This document shows, piece by piece, positions 37,001 to 46,000 of a stretch of DNA of 63,222 nt. The translations under genes were made by a program, and so were the position numbers. This DNA comes from Dendrobates tinctorius. Its lineage: Eukaryota. The stretch lies in NCBI RefSeq assembly GCF_039654945.1, contig NW_027361954.1, forward strand, positions 779-64,000, written 5' to 3'. Under the pieces are notes generated by a model. It had not been told where the DNA came from and did not search any database. It saw nothing but the letters and a program-made list of their open reading frames with translations. Numbering within the stretch: position 1 is the first letter of the stretch; each line of letters begins with the position of its first letter.

Positions 37001-40000
37001 ATATGGTCCGTAGCCACGCCCACCGGGTCACATGGCTATGACCTCATCACAGGTCCTTGAACCACTCATATACACTTTATACTAGCGTTCTTAAACACAT
37101 CCCCTGGGTGGGTTTGTAGGTAACTAGTCCCTGACACATTGAACCAGCTCCTCAGCAATATCACTGCTGATCAACACACACACAAATCTCCATCTCAAGG
37201 CCACCCACCTTGAGATACATAACGGTCATTCAGTATTTTGCCATTCATCCACTCTCCTGGGACATCCATACAGTGCCCCCTAGCGGACACGGTGGTCACT
37301 ACACCACACTACCTATTAAACGGGCCTATATTTCAGCAAGGGAGAAAGAACTTGACATTAGACTACAGGACTGGGAGGTTGAGCACATATATAAAAATTC
37401 GTTTGGCCCATCCAGATGTGTAAGAGTCCTTAGAAAATTCGTATAAGACCATTATAAGATGGTACAACACCCCAGTAAAGATGCATACATGGTGCCCCAA
37501 TGTATCTCCAACCCGCTGGAGATGTACTAAAGAGAACGGGACATTTCTGCATATTTGGTGGTCATGCGATAAAATAAAACCGTTTTGGGATATCGTCTTG
37601 AAAATTATAATCAGTGTGCAAACTTTCAAACCCCCCCCCCCATCTACGCCTCATCTTTTTAAATTGGTCAAGTGACGTTCCTAAGATCAAAGATAACTCA
37701 CTGCTTCTATAGCAGCGGCCAAATTAATCATCCCCACGAAATGGAGATTATTATTATTATTATTATTTATTGTTATAGCGCCATTTATTCCATGGCGCTT
37801 TACATGTGAGGGGGGTATACATAAAAACAAGTACAATAATCTTAAACAATACAAGTCATAACTGGTACAGGAGGAGAGAGGACCCTGCCCGCGAGGGCTC
37901 ACAATCTTCAAGGGATGGGTGATAATACAGTAGGCGAGGGTAGAGCTGGTCGTGCAGCGGTTTGGTCGATCGGTGGTTACTGCAGGTTATAGGCTTGTCG
38001 GAAGAGGTGGGTCTTCAGGCTCTTTTTGAAGGTTTCGATGGTAGGTGAGAGTCTGATATGTTGTGGTAGAGAGTTCCAGAGTAGGGGTGATGCGCGAGAG
38101 AAATCTTGTATGCGATTGTGGGAAGAGGAGATAAGAGGGGAGTAGAGAAGGAGATCTTGTGAGGATCGGAGGTTGCGTGCAGGAAAGTACCGGGAGACGA
38201 GGTCACAGATGTATGGAGGAGACAAGTTGTGGATGGCTTTGTATGTCATGGTTAGGGTTTTGTAATGGAGTCTCTGGGCAATTGGGAGCCAGTGAAGGGA
38301 TTGACAGAGGGGAGAAGCTGGGGAATAGCGGGGGGACAGGTGGATTAGCCGGGCAGCAGAGTTTAGAATAGATTGGAGGGGTGCGAGAGTGTTTGAGGGG
38401 AGGCCGCAGAGCATGAGGTTGCAGTAGTCAAGGCGAGAGATGATGAGGGCATGGACTAGGGTTTTTGCAGATTCTTGGGTGAGGAATGAACGGATGCGTG
38501 AAATATTTTTGAGTTGAAGTCGGCAGGAAGTGGAAAGGGTTTGGATATGTGGTTTGAAGGAGAGATCAGCATCAAGGATTACTCCGAGGCAGCGAGCTTG
38601 TGGGACTGGGGAGAGTGGGCAGTCATTTACTGTAATTGATAGGTTCGTAGGGGGGGTCACGTGAGATGGGGGAAAGATGATGAATTCTGTTTTGTCCATG
38701 TTGAGTTTCAGATATCTAGTGGAGAAGAAGGATGAAATAGTGGACAGACATTGAGGGATTCTGGTTAGTAGGGAGTTGATATCTGGTCCAGAGATGTAGA
38801 TCTGTGTGTCATCAGCATAAAGATGATACTGAAAGCCATGAGATTCTATGAGCTGTCCCATCTCAGAACTGCCCGAGTGTTATTGAGTGGATCCAAAAGG
38901 TAGATCAGATTTATTATATAGAACAAATTGGAACTTACACTCGTTTTTTGAGAGAGAAATTTAGGGTAATATGGGCGCCGTGGATATCCTATAGAGTCTG
39001 CTGAATATCTTAAGGCAGTAAACCGGGAGTCTGAGGCAGTGGATTAGTGTCGGTCAGATCTCCACTCCAAAACCCATCAAACTATAACCAGTTACCAAAG
39101 CTCTGCCTGCTAGGTCTCACGGAATTGGCACTCATTAACCCCCAATACCATTACCCATCCTTGAAATTAAAGTGTACCATCGTCCCTTCCCCCGCTCCCC
39201 CTCGAACCCCCATTTTCTATACTTTCCATTTATGTTTATCTATACTAATGTTGTATAGGTATGTAAGCATTGGTTCACTATTCTACGAGATACAGCAGTA
39301 GGAAAAATACAGATAATTGCTTTAGCATTAAGATTTGAAACTACTAGTTCTAAGAAACTTGTCATGTAAATTGCTATCGCTTATAGAAGGATAATACTGT
39401 AATATCTTATTGTACCTTTTTTGGATGCATACCATGTTAAGATACGATTGTAATTTTCATAAAAACCTAATAAAAAGATATTTAAAAAAAATTAAATTAA
39501 CTTTTTGATGATTATCTAATTTTGTGAGAAGGACCTGACTCTTGCACAGGACACTGGTAAATCCTTTCTGAGCACTTCTATTTTTGACTGGCAGATGGCT
39601 GAGGAAGGGGGTTAGCCAGGTGGGCTGGACTGGAGGCAGTTGTCTTTCTAGAAGACACCAAGTTTCATCTAACTGAATTGAGAACTTTGAGTTAATAGAG
39701 GAGAAGGCGTCCATCTTTCAGATTCTTCATCTCTTGGTCATGGAGAGCAGTTACAAAGAGATTTTGCACAGACAATGTATCTTTTGGTGGCATAAGGGAT
39801 ATTGAACTGTATAATGTGCCTGACTATAGCGCACTTCCAGGTTTTAGATCAGTGAAAAGATATGAATTCTAATTGAATTTTCACTGTCTTTGGATGATTG
39901 ACGTGAACAAACTCCAAGTCCAGTGCAGTGGGATATGGAGATTTGTGGCAATTGCAGTCGGTTGGTTTTGACCAGGTTCTTGCGACAACACACTTAGAGG

Positions 40001-43000
40001 ACAAGTGAGAATTAAAGGGAATCTGTCACTTATTTTTGGGCCTATCAGCTGCTGGCACTGCCATCAGGGGCTTATCTACCGCATTCTCTAATTCTGTAGA
40101 TAAGCCCCCGATGTAACCTGAAAGATAAGAAAAATGAGTTATAATATACACACCCAGGGGCGGTCCGGTTTTGGTCCGCTGGGTGTCGTGGTCCGGTCCG
40201 GCGCCCCCCATCTTCTAACGGTGACGTCCTCTTCTTTGCTTCCCGGCGCAGGCGCACTGCTCTGCCCTGTTGAGGGCAGAGCACTGCAGTGCGCAGGCGC
40301 TGGACCTCTTCCGGCGCCTGCGCACTGCAGTACTCTGCTCTGCCCTCAACAGGGCATAGCAGTGCACCTGAGCCGAGACGGGAAGCAAAGAATAGGATGT
40401 CACTGCATAAAGACGGGAGGCACCGGACCGCGACACCCATCGGACCCGACCCCGGGGTGAGTATAATCTAACTAATTTTTCTTTCAGGTTAAATCGGGGG
40501 CTTATCTGCAGCATTACAGAATACTGTACATAAGCCCCTGATGTCGGTGCCGGCACCTGGTAGGCCCGAAAATAGGTGACAGATTTCCTTAAGTCTTATA
40601 TTTTTGTAAAAGGACCTTGGAGGGATCGTATGGGTAGGAGATGTGAGAGGTTCATAAATCTTTGTGGAATGAGGCTCTACTCCAGACCAGGTCTCTGATG
40701 CACTGTGTTGAACAGCATTTCCAAATGTGTTTTCCCTTCACCCATGACAGCACCACATGAGAGAGGGATCCGCCCCGCCAGGACAGGAACCTACTGAAAC
40801 ATAAGGGGCGGCACCTCTCCCCCGCTTCAGTTGGGTTCCTGTCCTGGAAAGGAATCCCTCTGACAGCGGCGGCGCCTGTCAGGATGAAAGACCCAGGGCC
40901 GTCCCGGCGTTTAAATTGCAGGGCTGACTTACCTGCAACGCCGGCCGTCGGCAGCTGGTAGCGCAGTCCCGGGGTGTTGCCTGATCCGGGCCCCGGGTTC
41001 GTGCGGGCACGTCCCGATGTCCTCCCTTCGGAGGTTCCTCCACGTGCCGCCCTCCCCCTGCGCGCGCGCCCGTCCTTCGCCTGCATGCAGGGGAAGCCGG
41101 GGGCGGAGACCGGCGTCCGACGTCAGCGGCGCAGAGGACTCTGGGAGCGCGACCGCTGACATCATCAGGACGCGACGGTCATGGCGCCGGGCGCGACGCC
41201 GGCCAGGAGAAGCGGCTGGCGGTCGCGGGGGGGGAGGGGTAATGAGGGGCACTCACCGATTAAAGAAGGAGCAGAAGCGGCTGCAGGGGTGACAATGGCG
41301 TCTCAGGAGGATCGCTCACCGTCCCCATTGTCTCTGCCCCCATCACAAGCTTCTGGTCGCAAGAGCCGCTCGAGCGGCAAAAGCAGCAGCCGTCCAAGTC
41401 ACCGATCGAGGGATTCCTCGAGGTCAAAAGAACGCAGAACGCACGCTCCTTCGCAGCCCCAGAGCCCGGTATCGGTCTTTCCTGGGTGGTGAGTGTTCTC
41501 TGTGAAAGTAGACAATGTTGTAATAGGCCTTCCTACGTCTTTTTCTTTTTTTTTTTTTTTTTTTTTTTTTTTTAGGGAGGCAAAAAAGCTATAAGCAAAA
41601 AGAAAAATAGAGTATGTGCCATATGCCACAGCCCTTTAGCGAAAGACTACCAAAAGGACTTATGTGTCAGCTGTATCCAGCGGACTATGGCTGAAGAGGC
41701 ACCGAGCCTGGCAACAAACCTCAGATCAATAATTAAGTCGGAGGTACAGGGCTCGCTTAAAAAATTATTAAAAAAGAAAAGTAAGAGTAAAGCCTCCCCG
41801 AGTTCCTCGTCAGGCTCCTCCTCTTCGGAGTATCAAGTTGAGCACGGGTCATCTTCATCCTCAGACAGTGATACGGGGGGCAGACCTTGCTTTCCCATAG
41901 AAGATACGGACGCCCTCCTTAAAGCCATCAGGTCCACTATGGGCCTGCAGGAGGAGAAAGTAGAGAGATCACTGGAGGATGTAATGTTTGGCGGCCTACA
42001 AGAAAGGAAAAAGCGTACCTTTCCGGTCAATGACAAGATTCACGCCCTAATCGAGAGAGAGTGGAAGAAACCGGAGAAGTCAGGTAGCCTTCCCTCCTCT
42101 TCAAAGCGAAGATACCCCTTTGAGGCTAAGGATACGGACATCTGGGACAAGGTCCCAAAGATTGACGCAGCAGTGTCTAGGTCTTCCAAGAAGTCGGCCC
42201 TGCCCCTGGAGGATTCAGGGGTTTTGAGAGATCCCTTGGATAAAAAAGCGGACTCATACCTAAGGCACACTTGGGAGGCAGCGGCAGGGGGTCTGAAACC
42301 AGCAATAGCCGGCACCTGCACAGCCCGGTCATTAATGGTCTGGTTGCAACAACTGGAAGAAAAATTGGTCTCCAAAGTACCAAGAGAGAAAATATTAGGA
42401 GAAATGTACCTGCTACACGGAGCTGCCGCCTTCTTGGCTGACACCTCCGCCGACTCGATGAGGTTAACGGCAAGAGCAGCGGGGCTGTCGAACGCCGCAA
42501 GACGGGCGTTATGGCTCAAAGGCTGCCCTGGGGACATTCAATCTAAGGCAAAATTATGCTCGTTGCCATGTGATGGGCAGTTCTTGTTTGGAAAAGACCT
42601 GGATGACATCCTGGAAAAAGCCGGTGATAAAAAGAAGGGCTTCCCCAGATTCATGGGTGATCAAAGGAGACCGCCCTTTCGGAGGGGAAGGTTCAATCGA
42701 GGCCGTCCCCCGGGAGAACGGAAAAGGTGGGACGACAAGAGGAAAAAAGAACCAGGGTTCATGTTTGGGGGAAATACCTCAACCGCCAAAAAATCCCCGC
42801 AATGACACCAGTCCTCCTGTGGGGGGAAGATTGAGGCTCTTTTCTCAAGAATGGGAGAAAATATCGGCCAACAATTGGATCCTGAAAATTATAAAGAATG
42901 GCCTAAAAATCCCCTTCTTCCAGTATCCAAGAGCTTCATTTGTGGTGACCCCCGTCAGAAAGGAACCAGGAGAGCAATCAGCCATAGAAACAGAAATCTT

Positions 43001-46000
43001 AGGACTATTGGAGAAACAAGTTCTGGTAGAGGTCCCGAAAGATCAAGAAAGAAGTGGGTTCTATTCTCCCCTCTTCCTAATAAAAAAACCCGACCTTTCC
43101 TTCAGAACGATAATAAATCTCAGGCGCCTCAATCAATGGATCATGAACCAAACATTCAAAATGGAATCAGTGACTTCGGCCATAAAGCTGTTACACCACA
43201 ACTGCTTCATGGCCGTAATAGATTTGAAGGATGCCTATTACCATATCCCGATGCACCAAGAGTACCAGAAATACCTGAGGGTAGCCCTATACATCCAGGG
43301 CGACCTCAGGCATTTTCAATTTACAGCTCTTCCGTTTGGCATCTCCATAGCGCCAAGGATTTTTACAAAAGTAATAGCGGAAATGACAGCTTTCCTTCGA
43401 ATCCGCAATGTGATTATGGTGCCTTACTTGGACGATTTTCTGGTCATTGGCAATTCAGAACATCACTGCGCACATCAGGTAGAGAAGATAACAGAGACCC
43501 TGCAAAGACTGGGTTGGATGGTAAACTTAAAAAAATCAAAACTTCAACCCCTAAGGAAACAAACGTTTCTAGGTTTCGTCTTGGACTCCGACCGTCAAGT
43601 TTGTCTCTTGCCAGAGAAAAAACTAGAGAAGGTGAGAGAAATGACCCTTCCGGCAATACAGCATCCTCACATGACCCTAAGAAGGGCAATGTCCCTGTTG
43701 GGCACGCTAACAGCCTGTATCCCAGCGGTCAACTGGGCACAGTTTCATACCCGACAACTGCAGGCGGAAATCTTGTCAGCCCAGAGACGATTGAAAGGGC
43801 GTTTAGAAGGGAAGCTGGAACTTTCCGAAAGGGGGAAAAACTCTCTCACTTGGTGGCTAGACGACTCAAATTTAGCAGGGGGAACTTTGTGGCACAGGCC
43901 CGTGTCCGATGTAATATTGACGGACGCAAGCTCCTCGGGATGGGGGGCACACCTGAGAGAACATATGGCCCAAGGGTCCTGGGGTCACATAGAGCAGAAG
44001 GCTTCCTCCAACTTAAGAGAGTTAAGAGCGATAAACAGAGCCCTAGAGGCATTCATTCCCATGTTACAGGGTCAAAACGTCCGAATTATGTCAGACAACA
44101 GGGTGGCAGTGGCGTATGTCAACCACCAGGGAGGGACAAGGTCAAACTCCCTAATGGACGAAGCCAAAAGAATCTTCCTCAAAGCAGAGCAACATCTAAC
44201 CTCCCTAACAGCCCTACATATCAAAGGGACAGAAAATGTTCAAGCCGACTTTCTAAGCCGCAACAAGTTAAAACAGGGAGAATGGACCTTAAATCGTGTA
44301 ATATTCCAGAAGATAGTACAGTTATGGGGGCAGCCAGTAATCGACCTCTTTGCCACCAAAAGCAACCGGCAAGTGAGGAGGTTCTGCTCATTAAACCCAG
44401 GGGAAAACCCGTGGGCAGTAGACGCTCTACAAATCCCGTGGCTGTTCAAACTGAGCTATGCCTTTCCCCCAGTAGCGTTAATCCCGGCAGTGGTAAAAAA
44501 GATAAGAGACGAGCAAGCCAGAGTAATCCTCATAGCCCCGTTCTGGCCAAAAAGACCGTGGTTTTCACTACTACAAATGATGTCTCTCTCGGACCCGTGG
44601 GTACTGCCAGAGATTCCAGATTTGTTAGCTCAGGGGCCGATATTCCACAAACAAGTCAAGGGGCTCCATCTGACGGCGTGGAATTTGAGAGGTCACTTTT
44701 GAGAGATAAAGGGTTTTCCCCGGGGTTGGTGACTACTCTAATGAAAAGTAGAAAACCAATAACAACCAACATATATGGCAGAACGTGGAAAAAATTCCTA
44801 CAATTCCTGGGAAAACCGTTAGGTCAAGAACCCCCAATCGAGTCCATCTTGGAATTCTTGCAGGCAGGCCTACAGCTAGGCCTGGCGGTTAATACCCTCA
44901 AGGTACAGGTTTCAGCGCTGGGTGCATTATACAATTGCAATATAGCGGCAAACAGATGGGTAGCCAGGTTTATTAAATCTTGCCACAGATCTAGGCCAGT
45001 TTCCTTACCGAAAATAGCTCCATGGGATCTAAATCTGGTGCTGGAAGCCCTTACGAAGGAGCCGTTTGAACCCATACAGCAGATTTCAACTAAAAATCTC
45101 ACTCTAAAAACCATCATTTTGGTAGCTCTAACGTCGGCACGTAGAGTTAGTGACTTACAGGCCCTTTCAGTCAACCCACCATATACCCAGATATACCAGG
45201 ATAGGGTGGTTATGAGAACAGACCCTGCTTACTTGCCGAAAGTAGTAACTAACTTTCACCGAAACCAAGAGATTGTCCTCCCTTCCTTTTGCGAGAATCC
45301 GAAAAACCCAGGGGAGGAGAAATTTCATAGCCTAGACGTTAAAAGAACCCTAGTAGAGTATATGTCTATAACCAGCCAGTGGAGGAGGTCCCAGTCCCTA
45401 TTTGTAGCCTTCCAGGGTGCTAGGAAAGGTTATGGAGTGTCAAAGGGGACTATTGCCCGATGGATTAGGGAGGCCATTAGTGTAGCCTATTCAGCTAGTG
45501 GCGTCCCGGTTCCTGACGGCATCAAGGCTCATTCCACCAGAGCCGTGGCGACCTCCTGGGCTGAGAAAGCAGAGGTATCAATAGAGCAAATTTGTAAGGC
45601 CGCTACCTGGGCCTCACCCTCAACTTTCTTTAGACACTATAGACTAAATCTGTCCTCCTCTGCTGACTTGACCTTTGGTAGAAGGGTGCTGCAAGCGGTG
45701 GTCCCTCCCTAAGGTGTTCGAAGTCTCCAGAATCTCTCATGTGGTGCTGTCATGGGTGAAGGGAAAACCACCATGGTTACTTACCGGTAGCCGGTTTTTC
45801 CGGAACCCATGACAGCACCCGTATATTTCCCCCCCTTTTTCACCGTTTGGGTGTGCACAATAGTCGGGTGTATTTGCGTGATGTGGTGTTGGATAAATAT
45901 GTAACTAACCGGGAAGTCCTCTCAAATGCTCTGTAATCCAACTGAAGCGGGGGAGAGGTGCCGCCCCTTATGTTTCAGTAGGTTCCTGTCCTGGCGGGGC

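Larger units (their letters stand above)
36142..39490 (+). mobile_element. 5'-truncated L1-clade LINE remnant, interrupted by a solo LTR and an L2
   Basis: C-terminal cysteine-rich motif RWYNTP...[21 protein letters not shown] (37450-37600). The reading frame continues across the L2 (PTKWR|[10 protein letters not shown]). AATAAA and an A-rich end lie near 39470-39490. Confidence 0.7.

Noticed and set aside
42040-45174. Antisense ORFs within the intact DIRS
   Set aside because: Expected shadows of long, doubly constrained sense ORFs; no motifs.
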